From NCBI GenBank assembly GCA_964628175.1, contig CAZVLY010000003.1, positions 1 to 49,676 on the forward strand: DNA of 49,676 nt, read 5' to 3'. The translations under genes were made by a program, and so were the position numbers. Within the stretch, counting starts at the first letter, position 1. Each line of letters opens with the position of its first letter. Below are positions 9,006 through 18,415 of the stretch, piece by piece. Under the pieces are notes generated by a model, which saw only the letters and a program-made list of their open reading frames with translations, had not been told where the DNA came from and did not search any database. The stretch comes from an uncultured Piscinibacter sp. Lineage in GTDB: Bacteria > Pseudomonadota > Gammaproteobacteria > Burkholderiales > Burkholderiaceae_C.

Positions 9006-10175
9006 CTAGGGAGCCACTTCGCTGCGCTGCTGGCACACCCGCTTGAACGCGGCAAGCGATTGGCCGACCACCTGGTCCATGTTGTAGTACCTGTAGGTGG
9101 CGAGCCGCCCGACGAAGGTCACTTGCTGCATCGCGTCCGCTTCCGCTTCGTAGAGCCGATACAGCGCCGCGTTTTCGGGTCGGGGCACCGGATAGTAGGG
9201 GTCGCCGTCTGCGCACGGGTACTCGTAGACGACCGACGTATGCGCATGGCGCTGCCCGGTGATGTGCTTGAACTCGCTGATGCGCGTGTAGCCATAGTCG
9301 TTCGGGTAGTTCACCGTCCCCACCGGCTGGAACTCTTCCTGCGCCACGGTGCGGTGCTCGAAGCGGATGCTGCGATAGGGCAGCCTGCCGTGCTTGAAAT
9401 CGAAGAAGGCGTCGACCGGGCCGGTGTAGACCATGTGCCGCCATGGCACCAGATCGACGATCTCCCGGTAGTCCGTGTTCAGCATGATCTTGATGTTCGG
9501 GTGAGCCAGCATCTTCTCGAACATGCGGGTGTAACCGTGCAGCGGCATGGCCTGGTACGTGTCGGTGAAGTACCGATCGTCACGATTGGTCCGCGTGGGC
9601 ACGCGCGCCGTCACGCTGGGATCGAGTTCCGACGGATCCAGGCCCCATTGCTTGCGCGTGTAGCCGCGGAAGAACTTGTTGTAGAGCTCCCGGCCGACCT
9701 TGTTCACGATCACGTCCTCGGAGTTGCCGATCTCGTCCTTCTTCTCGGCCACCGATTCGAGCCATGTCTCCATCTCGAAGGAAGTCAGACTCAGGCCATA
9801 GAGCTGGTTGATCGTGTCGAGGTTGATGGGCAAGGGCACCCGTTGGCCGTCGACACTGGCCAGCACGCGATGCTGGTACGGTCGCCACTGCGTGAACCGG
9901 GACAGGTACTCGAAGATGTCCGCGCTGTTGGTGTGAAAGATGTGCGGGCCGTAGGGGTGGATGAGCACCCCGCTGTCGTCGTAGCAGTCATGGGCGTTGC
10001 CGCCGATGTGCGGCCGCTTGTCGACCAGCAGTACCTTGCAGTTCAGCTCGCTGGCGAGCCGCTCCGCCAGCACGCTGCCGGCAAAGCCGGCGCCGACGAT
10101 CAGATAGTCGAACCCTTGCGCTCCGGCAGCGGCTGCGGAGTCGGGTCGAAGAAGGCTGTCTCTGTGCATGTCCAT
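9006..10175 (-). CDS. glf: UDP-galactopyranose mutase
   Basis: YLIVGAGFAG, HIGGN, YGPHIFHT, YTRKQWG, PYYPVP, GRLATYRYYNMDQ. Confidence 0.96.
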   Translation of the reverse strand: MDMHRDSLLRPDSAAAAGAQGFDYLIVGAGFAGSVLAERLASELNCKVLLVDKRPHIGGNAHDCYDDSGVLIHPYGPHIFHTNSADIFEYLSRFTQWRPYQHRVLASVDGQRVPLPINLDTINQLYGLSLTSFEMETWLESVAEKKDEIGNSEDVIVNKVGRELYNKFFRGYTRKQWGLDPSELDPSVTARVPTRTNRDDRYFTDTYQAMPLHGYTRMFEKMLAHPNIKIMLNTDYREIVDLVPWRHMVYTGPVDAFFDFKHGRLPYRSIRFEHRTVAQEEFQPVGTVNYPNDYGYTRISEFKHITGQRHAHTSVVYEYPCADGDPYYPVPRPENAALYRLYEAEADAMQQVTFVGRLATYRYYNMDQVVGQSLAAFKRVCQQRSEVAP

Positions 10176-10190
10176 GTCGTCCTCAAGGGT

Positions 10191-11321
10191 TCAGCCCACG
10201 AACGGGCTGCCCGGTGAGGGGGCAGGTTCCATGCCCGGTGCGACGGCATCGACCAGTCTGCGCATGGCGTCGACGGTGCGGTCCCACGAGGTGCGCGTCA
10301 CGGCGGCGCGCATGGTGGCGACCCGTATCAGGCGCCGCGTCGCGTCCTCCGCCAAGGCGGCCCGGCACATCGCGATGAAGCCCGGCGTGTCGGCGGCCAC
10401 GCGGATCTGGTCCCCGTACAACGAGACCACGTCGCGGATCGCCGTGCTGACGACGGGCTTTTCCGCCGCCATGTACTCGAGCGTCTTGGTCGGGCTGATG
10501 AACCGCGTCGCAGCGTTCAAGGCAAACGGCAGCAGGCAAAGCTGCCAACCCTGCACCAGGGCGGGCAGTGCAGCGTAGGGCTGCTGGCCCAGCCAGTGCA
10601 GGTTGGAAGCCCGCGGCAGGCTCGCCGGGTCGATCTTGACCACCGGGCCGACCATCACGATGTTCCATGCGGGTTCGGCCGCGGCGAGTGCGGCGATCAA
10701 CCCGATGTCGAGCCGCTCGTCGATCACGCCGAAGAAGCCCAGCCGCGGGCGAGGGAGATCGCTGCGCTCCTCACGGCCGGCCCTGGGCGCGAAATGCGCC
10801 ACGTCCACCGAGCTCGGAAAGCAGTGCACGTTGGGGTGGCGCGACTTCTTCGCTTCGTACAGGCTCGGGCCACCGGTCAGCACGAGGTCGGCGCACCGCA
10901 GCAGTTCGGCCTCCCGTTGCCGCAGTTGCGCCGGCGCGAAGTCGAATGCCGCCAACTCGTCCATGCAGTCGTACACCACCGCGTGGGCCGGCACGGCGTT
11001 CAGCAAGGGCAGCGCCATGGGCGTGTAGAACCAGGCGACGGCGCCGCGCACGCCCTGCTCGGCCAGGCACCGACGCAACAGCGGTTCGAGCACCGCGAGC
11101 TGCTCGTCGGCGAACCCCGCGGCGTCGACAGGCGTGCTTGCTCGCAGCACGGTGACGCCCGCGCAGGGCGAACTGGCTGCCATGCGCGCCGGGCCCGGCG
11201 CGTACTCCGGTTCCTCGACGAAGAAGACGCGCCGATCGCTCGCCAACCTGGACAGCAGCTGCTGCGGGCGCTGGTAGACAAAGTCCCAGCGCAGATGAGA
11301 AAAGACGACGAGGTCGTGCAT
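10191..11321 (-). CDS. GT-B glycosyltransferase associated with glf
   Basis: FSHLRWDFVYQRPQ, YDCMDEL, GFFGVIDERLD, ISPTKTLEYMAA. Confidence 0.9.
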   Translation of the reverse strand: MHDLVVFSHLRWDFVYQRPQQLLSRLASDRRVFFVEEPEYAPGPARMAASSPCAGVTVLRASTPVDAAGFADEQLAVLEPLLRRCLAEQGVRGAVAWFYTPMALPLLNAVPAHAVVYDCMDELAAFDFAPAQLRQREAELLRCADLVLTGGPSLYEAKKSRHPNVHCFPSSVDVAHFAPRAGREERSDLPRPRLGFFGVIDERLDIGLIAALAAAEPAWNIVMVGPVVKIDPASLPRASNLHWLGQQPYAALPALVQGWQLCLLPFALNAATRFISPTKTLEYMAAEKPVVSTAIRDVVSLYGDQIRVAADTPGFIAMCRAALAEDATRRLIRVATMRAAVTRTSWDRTVDAMRRLVDAVAPGMEPAPSPGSPFVG

Positions 11322-11475
11322 CGGGGCACCGGTTCGGTTGTGGAGCGGTTGCGGACGGGGTACGCAGGACTGGGTCTGAGCCCGCGGCGGCGTGATCGAC
11401 ATCGACCGAGGATCAGCCGGCACAGCCGCGACGGCCCGCGTCGCACTTCCGGATCAGCGGGTGCGCGCGGCGGGT

Positions 11476-11757
11476 TCAAGGACGGCGCGCGGGCCCCTTG
11501 CCGCCTGGGCCAGGCACCAGGTCCGCACGGCGCCTGGCATCGAGTCCGGGGGTCGCCCGCATGTCGGTGTCGACCAGACCGGCGTCGATGTCACGCTTGG
11601 CCTGAGCCAGCTTGGGATCGATCTCGGCCGGCGGCGCATCGATCGATTCATCCCGTTCGTGAGGCAGCGCCAGTCCGGCGGGCGAACGCGGTGCCTTCGC
11701 GCCGCGCGGCGGCGTCGGCAACTGGTTCCCGTCGCGACGTTTCGTGCTCGGCTTCAT
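11476..11757 (-). CDS. Small hydrophilic hypothetical protein
   Basis: GGAGAGG RBS before MKPSTK; core LPHERDES...QAKRDIDAGLVDTD. Confidence 0.65.
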   Translation of the reverse strand: MKPSTKRRDGNQLPTPPRGAKAPRSPAGLALPHERDESIDAPPAEIDPKLAQAKRDIDAGLVDTDMRATPGLDARRRADLVPGPGGKGPARRP

Positions 11758-11845
11758 GCAAGTCCTCTCCGGATGTTCGATCGATCTCCCGAACGCGATG
11801 CACGGGCGGCGAAAGGCCATGTTTGCGCCCTTGCCCACCAGCGTC

Positions 11846-11861
11846 TGTACGGCATCGAACA
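11846..11861. promoter_or_regulatory. TGTACG-gcat-CGAACA operator-like palindrome
   Basis: Matches TGTNCG-N4-CGNACA; lies between Ku and the small ORF. Confidence 0.55.
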
Positions 11862-11879
11862 TGCTCGGCAGACAGGCTC

Positions 11880-12767
11880 TCATGCCCGCCGCCGGTTCGA
11901 GGCCCTGGCACCGGCCTTCTTCGTGGGGGTGGCGGTGCTGCGGGATGTCCCGGCGGCAGTGTTCGCCGGCTTGCGCTTGGCCAGGCTCTTCGCCAGCAGA
12001 TCGGTCAGGTCGACCACGTTGGTGGCTCGCACTTCGGCGGGCACCTCTTCAAGCGTCGCCACCGTCGCGGTCTCGCCGGCTTCGACCTTCTTGCTCACCA
12101 GTGCCAGGATGGCATCGCTGAACTTGTCGGAGTAGCCGTCCGACTTCCACGGGCCCGTCATCTCGCCGATGAGCTGCGCAGCCATCTTGAGTTCGCCCGG
12201 CTTCAGTCCGGCGGCGGTCCTGCCCTCGGCAGGCAGTTTCAGCTCTTCCATGGGCCGGATCTCGCTGGCCCAGCGGATCGTGTTGAGCACCAGGGCGGCA
12301 CCCGAAGGGATCAGCGCTGCGAGGCGTTCCTTGGTGTGCATGACGACCCGCCCGATGCCGATGACGCCGGCCTCGGCCATCGACTCGCGCAGCAGCGCAT
12401 AGACCTTCTCGCCCTTGCCGATGGGCTCCAGGTAGTAGGGAGTCTCGAGCAGCGTGAACTGGATCTCGCTGGCCTTGACGAAGGACTCGATCTCGATGGT
12501 CTGCGTCGACTTCGGGTACGCCGACTTGATCTGCTCTTCGCTCAGGATCACGTAGTCGCCGTCGTCCTGCTTGATGCCCTTGACGATGTCGTCGGGCTGG
12601 ATCTCCTTGCCGGTGCGCTTGTTGATCCGCTTGTAGCCCACCGGGTCCATCGACCGCTTGTCGAGCCAGTCGAAGTCGATGCCGACGTCCTGCGAGGCCG
12701 GGTACAGGGCCACCGGCACGTGCACCAGGCCGAAGCTGATGGCGCCTTTCCAGATCACACGGGGCAT
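11880..12767 (-). CDS. ku: Ku protein (NHEJ)
   Basis: WKGAISFGLVHVPVALY, PYYLEP, YALLRESM, VVDLTDLLAKSL, basic C-terminal tail. Confidence 0.97.
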   Translation of the reverse strand: MPRVIWKGAISFGLVHVPVALYPASQDVGIDFDWLDKRSMDPVGYKRINKRTGKEIQPDDIVKGIKQDDGDYVILSEEQIKSAYPKSTQTIEIESFVKASEIQFTLLETPYYLEPIGKGEKVYALLRESMAEAGVIGIGRVVMHTKERLAALIPSGAALVLNTIRWASEIRPMEELKLPAEGRTAAGLKPGELKMAAQLIGEMTGPWKSDGYSDKFSDAILALVSKKVEAGETATVATLEEVPAEVRATNVVDLTDLLAKSLAKRKPANTAAGTSRSTATPTKKAGARASNRRRA

Positions 12768-12830
12768 GGGAACTCCTTGTCCGGCGCGCTGCCGGCGGTT
12801 GATGATGGGACTCAGCGTCTCGTGGCAGGC

Positions 12831-15347
12831 TCAGGCAGGCGGTGGCGAATGGCCCAGGGCCGACATCGCCGACGTGAGGCGCTTCGCCGCCCTGGCGTAT
12901 CCATCCCAGGGTTCATTGCCGGTGTCCAGCCGCTCGTGGACGGTCTTCACGGTCCAGTGGTCACCGCCGCGAAGCGACGGCAGTTCTTCCCACGCGACGG
13001 GGACCGAGATGCCCAGCCCCGGCCGCGCCCGCGCCGACCAGGCGCACGCCGTGGTGGCCCCGGGGCCGTTGCGCAAGTAGTCGATGAAGATCCTGCCGAC
13101 GCGGTTCTTCGGGCCGCTGCGCGCGACGAAGCGTTGAGGAATCGTCTTGGCCATGTGCCGCACGATGGCCTGCGAGAACCCCTTGACGGTGTTCCAGTCG
13201 TGCAGGCGCTTCACCGGGACCACGACATGCAGCCCCTTGCCGCCGCTGGTCTTGAGGAAGGCGGGCAGGCCGAGCTGGGACAGGAAGGCGTGCACGAGTT
13301 GCGCTGCCTCCTGCACCTGGGCCCAGGGCACGCCTTCGCCGGGGTCCAGATCGAAGACCATGCGGTCCGGGTGTTCGAAGGATCGGGGGCCGCAGTTCTG
13401 CGTGTGGAACTCGAGGACGTTCCATTGCGCCGCGGACAGCAGGCCCTGCTTGCCGGCCACCACGATCATCGGCGGGTGGGCCCGGTCGAGTGCCGGGTCG
13501 AGCTGCCGGATGCCGGGCAGCTTCTCGGTTTCGGCGTGCTTCTGGAAGAACAGAGTTCCACCGACACCGGCGGGTGCGCGAACCAGCGAGACCGGCCGGC
13601 CCGTCAGGTGCTTCATCATCAGGTCGCCGACCACGCCGTAGTAGCGGACCATCTCGAGCTTCGTCGTGCCCGTGCTCGCGTCGATCACGCGCTGCGGATT
13701 CGTCACGCGCAGCGGACCGGCCACGGCCTGCGCACGGTGGGTGGCGGAACGCGGGGGCGCCTTGGCGGACGGCACGCGTTGCACCTTCTCGCGCACGATG
13801 GCGCCGGCATCCTTGTCGTCGCGAAGGCCGCGGAAGACGGCATGGCGGATGCGGCCGGCGCGTGTCCACTCGCCGAAGGCGACCTCGCCGACCAGCGTCG
13901 GGGCGACCCATTGCGGATGGCCTTCGATCTTCGTGCCGGCAGCGAACGGGCTCCTGCCGCGCGCCAGCGTGTCGAGCCTCTTGCGCAAGCCCGTCAATGC
14001 GGCGTTCGAGAACCCTGTGCCCACGTCGCCGGCATATTGCAGCGCGCCCTGGGCATCGTGCACGCCCAGCAGCAGCGCGCCGAAGCCGGTGCGCGACCCG
14101 TGCGGGGCCGTGTAGCCGCCGATGACGAACTCCTGCCGCTGGCTGCACTTCAACTTCACCCAGTCCGCCGAGCGGGAAGACCGGTAGCTGCTGCTGCGGC
14201 GTTTGGCAATGACGCCTTCGAGGCCCAGCTTGCAGGCGGACGCGACCACGCTCTGCGGCGTGGCAACGAACTCCTCGCTGAAGCGGATGGTGTCGGAGTT
14301 CGACGCGGCGAGCAGCGCCTGGAGGAACGAACGCCGCGCCTGCAGCGGTGCGCCGCGCAGGTCATGCCCCGCGACAAAGGGCAGGTCGAACAGGTACAGC
14401 ACCACCTCCTCGGTACGCGCACTGTCGAAGGCCTGCTGCAGCGCGCCGAAATCCGGGATGCCCGCGTCCGTCGGCAGCACGATCTCGCCGTCGTACCAGC
14501 CTGGCGGCAGCCCCAGGCGCTCGAAGGCGCGCTGAAGAGGCTGCAGCTTCGACGTCCAGTCGTGGCCGTTGCGCGTGAGCAAGCGAGCGCCCGCGGCGTC
14601 GTTGCGCACCAGCATGCGGTAGCCGTCGAACTTGATCTCGTAGAGCCAGTCGGCGGCTTCGGGCGGCGGGCCGGCGACCAGGGTGGCCAGCTGTGGTGCG
14701 AGCGAGGCCGGCAAGGCGGACGGAAGTGCCTCGGCGGGCAGGGACGCCGAAGCCTCGCGCGACGCAGGCTCGAGATGCCTGACGCTCGCCGGCATCTCGT
14801 CGACCACGCTGAACTCTGCCGCCGGGCGGGCGTATGCGTCCTTCTCCTTGATCAGCAGCCAGGCCGGCTGCTTCTCTGCCTTGCCCTTCATGCGCACCAG
14901 CACCCAGCGGCCGTGCAGCTTGTGGCCGTGCAACTCGAACTTCAGGTTGCCCTCCCGCAGGCCTTGCGCGGCGTCCTGAAGCGGGGCCCAGGTGCCGGCA
15001 TCCCAGACGATGACCTTGCCCGCGCCGTACTGCTTTGCCGGGACGGTGCCCTCGAAGCCGGCATAGCCCAGCGGGTGATCCTCCACCTGGACGGCCATGC
15101 GCTTGACGCTCGGGTCGACGCTGGGTCCCTTGGGCACCGCCCAGCTCTTCAATGTCCCGTCGAGTTCCAGCCTGAAGTCGTAGTGAAGGCTGCTGGCCCA
15201 GTGCTTTTGCACGACGAAGATCGAACGGCCGGGGATGGCGTCCGCGCTGTCTGCCGGCTCCGGGCTCAGCGCGAAGTTGCGCTTCGACTTGTAGGCGCGC
15301 AGGGGGTCGTCTGCTGCCGGCGGCGCAGCCTTGACGGCCCTGCTCAT
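12831..15347 (-). CDS. ligD: DNA ligase D (phosphoesterase-ligase-polymerase)
   Basis: VVQKHWASSLHYDFRLE (PE), EIKFDGYR and EGVIAKR (ligase), FDLDPG / KTSGGKGLH / IFIDYLRN (polymerase). Confidence 0.97.
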   Translation of the reverse strand: MSRAVKAAPPAADDPLRAYKSKRNFALSPEPADSADAIPGRSIFVVQKHWASSLHYDFRLELDGTLKSWAVPKGPSVDPSVKRMAVQVEDHPLGYAGFEGTVPAKQYGAGKVIVWDAGTWAPLQDAAQGLREGNLKFELHGHKLHGRWVLVRMKGKAEKQPAWLLIKEKDAYARPAAEFSVVDEMPASVRHLEPASREASASLPAEALPSALPASLAPQLATLVAGPPPEAADWLYEIKFDGYRMLVRNDAAGARLLTRNGHDWTSKLQPLQRAFERLGLPPGWYDGEIVLPTDAGIPDFGALQQAFDSARTEEVVLYLFDLPFVAGHDLRGAPLQARRSFLQALLAASNSDTIRFSEEFVATPQSVVASACKLGLEGVIAKRRSSSYRSSRSADWVKLKCSQRQEFVIGGYTAPHGSRTGFGALLLGVHDAQGALQYAGDVGTGFSNAALTGLRKRLDTLARGRSPFAAGTKIEGHPQWVAPTLVGEVAFGEWTRAGRIRHAVFRGLRDDKDAGAIVREKVQRVPSAKAPPRSATHRAQAVAGPLRVTNPQRVIDASTGTTKLEMVRYYGVVGDLMMKHLTGRPVSLVRAPAGVGGTLFFQKHAETEKLPGIRQLDPALDRAHPPMIVVAGKQGLLSAAQWNVLEFHTQNCGPRSFEHPDRMVFDLDPGEGVPWAQVQEAAQLVHAFLSQLGLPAFLKTSGGKGLHVVVPVKRLHDWNTVKGFSQAIVRHMAKTIPQRFVARSGPKNRVGRIFIDYLRNGPGATTACAWSARARPGLGISVPVAWEELPSLRGGDHWTVKTVHERLDTGNEPWDGYARAAKRLTSAMSALGHSPPPA

Positions 15348-15856
15348 GCGCCGGCCTCCCGCGTGTCCTGGCGGATCAGGCTCATCTCGCCGTCCGCTTC
15401 AAGGTACATGCGCTTCACCTTGGCAAGGTCTTCGATGCCCTCCTGCCGGATCTTCGCCTTCAGCTCCGCTTCGGTGATCAGCTCGCGGCGCATGTTCCTG
15501 CGCAGCAGCTTTCCGTCTTGCACCAGGCACAGACGCGGCGCTGCGGTGAAACGCTGGATGAGCGGGAACCGGTAGCTCAGGTAGTCGAGCAGGTAGCTCC
15601 AGAAGACCAGCGTGCCGATCAGCACCAGGCCGTCGGTGGCCGAGGTGCCACCGCCGATCATGCTGTTCTGCGCGGCATCGCCGAGGATCACCACGAACAG
15701 GAAATCGCTGATGCCCAGCGAGCCCACGTCGCGGCGCAGGATGAAGCGCAGGACGACGAAGAGAAGCCAGTACATCAGCGTGCCGCGCAGCATCAGCTCC
15801 AGCGGCGACACGGTGAAGGCGAAGACGCCTGCCAGGTCGATATCGAGAACGTTCAC
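15344..15856 (-). CDS. DUF421 / YetF-like membrane protein
   Basis: Three hydrophobic helices, then LVQDGKLLRRNMRRELIT...LEADGEMS; stop overlaps the ligD ATG. Confidence 0.88.
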   Translation of the reverse strand: MNVLDIDLAGVFAFTVSPLELMLRGTLMYWLLFVVLRFILRRDVGSLGISDFLFVVILGDAAQNSMIGGGTSATDGLVLIGTLVFWSYLLDYLSYRFPLIQRFTAAPRLCLVQDGKLLRRNMRRELITEAELKAKIRQEGIEDLAKVKRMYLEADGEMSLIRQDTREAGA

Positions 15857-15918
15857 CGGAAGCTCCCTCGGCGCAGGGTCTGGAGGTTGAAGGACTTGGG
15901 CGCCGGCGACGCGGCGGC

Positions 15919-16881
15919 TCAGGCCGGTGCAGCTTCCCGGACCGCAGGGGCCACGGTCTCGGCGGGTCGATCGGAAGCCATGCCCCCCAGAAACTCATCG
16001 AGTCCGGCGAAGAATGCCGAGGGCACTTCGAAGTACGGCAAGGCGCCGGTCTGGTAGACCGTCGTGCGCCAGTTGCCGCGATCCTTCACGAGCCGCTTGC
16101 CGCGGAAGTCCTTGAAGTCGCCGCGCACGCCGTGGCTCATCCACACGGGTTGCGACACGGCTTCGTAGATCCGGTGGATGTCCTGGCTGAACAGGCCGCC
16201 GGAGAGGAAGTGCAGCGGGGCGAATCGTGCGCCGCTGGCGCGCGTGGTGAGCACGTCGTAGGCCCACAGGGTTTCGTCGATGGCCTTGCTGCCCCAGGTG
16301 CGCTGCAGGAAGTAGCGGATCACGGCGGGCCGGGTCAGGGTGTGGTAGAGCGCGCGGGACCAGGGCCGGCCGCTGAGCAGCGTGTGCAACCAGGGCATCG
16401 CCCGGGTACTGCCGGGCGCGCCCCGACGGGGCTTCAGGCCGTTCAAGCCCGTCGGGCTGACGAAGGCCAGGCGCCCCCATCGCGTCGGCTGCTCCGCCGC
16501 CGCTCGGGCGAGGAACTCGCAGCCCAGCGAGGACGCGAGGGCGTCGATCGGTGCCGCGCCGCAGCGAACGCGCACCTGCTCGGCCAGCGCATGCAGCGCG
16601 TCCGTCATCAGGCGCGGATCGTAGCGACGGTCCGCGCGATCGCTGAGCCCGAATCCCGGCAGGTCGATCGCGAAGACCGTCCGTGTCGCGCTGTAGTGCT
16701 CGTACAGGGGCCGCATCTCGGCTGCCGATGGCGCTGCATTGACGCTGTGCACGAGAACCAGTGGCGGGCCACTGCCGTCGATGTAGCAGTTCACACCGCT
16801 GAAGCTGATGCGTTCGCCGCCGAGCGCTGGCGTCAGGCCCGGACGGGTGCGCCGCAGGTCGGAATGGGCATGGGATTTCAT
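15919..16881 (-). CDS. Alpha/beta-fold hydrolase
   Basis: LVLVHS, AIDLPGFGLS, elbow LASSLG; start uncertain. Confidence 0.8.
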   Translation of the reverse strand: MKSHAHSDLRRTRPGLTPALGGERISFSGVNCYIDGSGPPLVLVHSVNAAPSAAEMRPLYEHYSATRTVFAIDLPGFGLSDRADRRYDPRLMTDALHALAEQVRVRCGAAPIDALASSLGCEFLARAAAEQPTRWGRLAFVSPTGLNGLKPRRGAPGSTRAMPWLHTLLSGRPWSRALYHTLTRPAVIRYFLQRTWGSKAIDETLWAYDVLTTRASGARFAPLHFLSGGLFSQDIHRIYEAVSQPVWMSHGVRGDFKDFRGKRLVKDRGNWRTTVYQTGALPYFEVPSAFFAGLDEFLGGMASDRPAETVAPAVREAAPA

Positions 16882-16989
16882 GCGGCCAAGCCTGGGCCCG
16901 CTGCGCGACTGTGTCGGTTCGCTATGCCACATACCGCGGTGCGGCGCACCAGGCCTGGACGTCGGGTGCCGCCTTGTCTGCCCGCGCGT

Positions 16990-17523
16990 TCAGCGGTGGA
17001 TCGTCGCCTGGCGTGCCGTTGCCGTCACCAAGTCGGTCAGCAGGGCCGTGTCCGTCGCCCTCATGGCGATCAGGCCGCCATGCGGGCGCGGCGCCGGCAC
17101 GGCACGGCACCGGCGTGCTTCGATGACGACCCCTGTGTTGCGCGCCGCGGCCACGAGATCGGCCAGCACGAAGGCGGCCATGTGCGCCTGCATGGCGTCA
17201 TCCAGGCGCTCGGAGAGAGCATCGACCGTGCTGCAACGAAGGGCGCGCGCTTCGGCTCGGGTCACGGCCACACCGATCGAATCAACGATGTCGCGCACCG
17301 AGATGGCGGCTGGCCTGCGGCCCAGCGTGAACCCTCCGCCCGCCCCGCGGCTGACGTTCACCAGCCCGGCCTGACGCAGCCGCGCGCAAACCTGGGCCAG
17401 GCAGAACAGGCCCACCCGCTGGCGCCGGGCGACGGCGGCCAGCGCCACTGGCCCTGCCTGCTCGCGCAATGCAATGTCGATCATGGCGTTGACGGCCAGC
17501 CGTCTGCGTTCGGTCAGTCTCAT
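16990..17523 (-). CDS. Divergent Rrf2/IscR-like transcriptional regulator
   Basis: MRLT...AVNAMIDIAL...GPV.LA, SRGAGGGFTLGR, ISVRDIV; IscR Cys triad absent. Confidence 0.75.
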   Translation of the reverse strand: MRLTERRRLAVNAMIDIALREQAGPVALAAVARRQRVGLFCLAQVCARLRQAGLVNVSRGAGGGFTLGRRPAAISVRDIVDSIGVAVTRAEARALRCSTVDALSERLDDAMQAHMAAFVLADLVAAARNTGVVIEARRCRAVPAPRPHGGLIAMRATDTALLTDLVTATARQATIHR

Positions 17524-17646
17524 GGTGTTCTCCGGCATGAGCTCGACGCGACCGCCCTGTGTGACATGGGGCTCCAACCGGAGGTCACCACCGGCGCATC
17601 GCGTCCTCGTTCCGCGCCCATCGTCTCTGCCAGGCGCTCTGCGGTC

Positions 17647-17662
17647 TGTTCTGCACCGTACA
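17647..17662. promoter_or_regulatory. TGTTCT-gcac-CGTACA operator-like site
   Basis: One mismatch to the motif; TC...GA flanks; between the divergent rrf2 and osmC genes. Confidence 0.5.
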
Positions 17663-17728
17663 GAGCGCAGGGGTCCGGCCGGAGTGCAGGGCCGGCGGTC
17701 TGCGGCGGCGTGCCCTGCCTGGCCTGTC

Positions 17729-17744
17729 TGTGCGATCCAGAACA
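17729..17744. promoter_or_regulatory. TGTGCG-atcc-AGAACA operator-like site
   Basis: One mismatch; GTC...GAC flanks extend the palindrome. Confidence 0.5.
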
Positions 17745-17779
17745 GACGCGGTGGACGTGGTCCGCGACGATGGGGCTGC

Positions 17780-17796
17780 GTGGCACTCCCGCTGCG
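17780..17796 (+). promoter_or_regulatory. Sigma-54 -24/-12 promoter (TGGCACT-cccg-CTGC) for osmC
   Basis: GG-N10-GC with TGGCAC; ~57 bp upstream of the ATG. Confidence 0.6.
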
Positions 17797-17852
17797 ATGG
17801 CCCCACCGCGAGAGGCGCGTTGCTCCTCGCAGAACCCATGAAGGACACCCCC

Positions 17853-18299
17853 ATGATCGAGAAGACCGCCAGCGTGCATTGGGAAGGCCCGGGCAAGAAG
17901 GGCCAGGGACAGATCAGCACCGAGACAGGTGCGCTCGACCGCTATCCCTACGGTTTTTCCAGCCGGTTCGAAGACGACCGCAAGGGCACGAACCCCGAAG
18001 AGGTGCTGGCGGCGGCGCATGCAGCCTGCTTCACCATGGCGTTCTCCTTTGCCTGCGACAAGGCCGGCTTCGCCACCAGCCGGCTCGATACGCAAGCGCG
18101 GGTCCGCCTCACGCCGCAAGGCGAGGGCTTCGTCATCGACAGGATCGCGCTCACGCTGACCGCGGTCATCCCGGGCATCGACGAGGCGCGGTTCCAGGAG
18201 ATCGCCCAGGCCGCCAAACGCGATTGCCCGCTGTCCAAGGCACTGGCCGCCGTGGCCGAGATCCACCTGCTGGCAACCCTCGAACGCGCCGGCACCTGA
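17853..18299 (+). CDS. osmC: OsmC family peroxiredoxin
   Basis: YGFSSRFE, GTNPEEVLAAAHAACFTMA, AKRDCPLSKAL. Confidence 0.93.
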   Translation: MIEKTASVHWEGPGKKGQGQISTETGALDRYPYGFSSRFEDDRKGTNPEEVLAAAHAACFTMAFSFACDKAGFATSRLDTQARVRLTPQGEGFVIDRIALTLTAVIPGIDEARFQEIAQAAKRDCPLSKALAAVAEIHLLATLERAGT

Positions 18300-18415
18300 C
18301 CGATCGCGCCTGCGTCAACCCTCCAGGACGGGCGCTGGAACCCGGTGAGCAAGGCCACTGCCGGAGCACGGGGCTCTCGAGGTCTGCACCGAGAAGGTGT
18401 CGCGCTGAGCCGGGT

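Noticed and set aside
10596-15575. 1659-aa plus-strand ORF (and similar long ORFs 3440-6766, 20597-23089, 42250-44511)
   Set aside because: Antisense shadows of clear genes (ligD/ku, GH2, rpoN/activator, MocR). High GC suppresses stop codons on the opposite strand, and no recognisable motifs are present.
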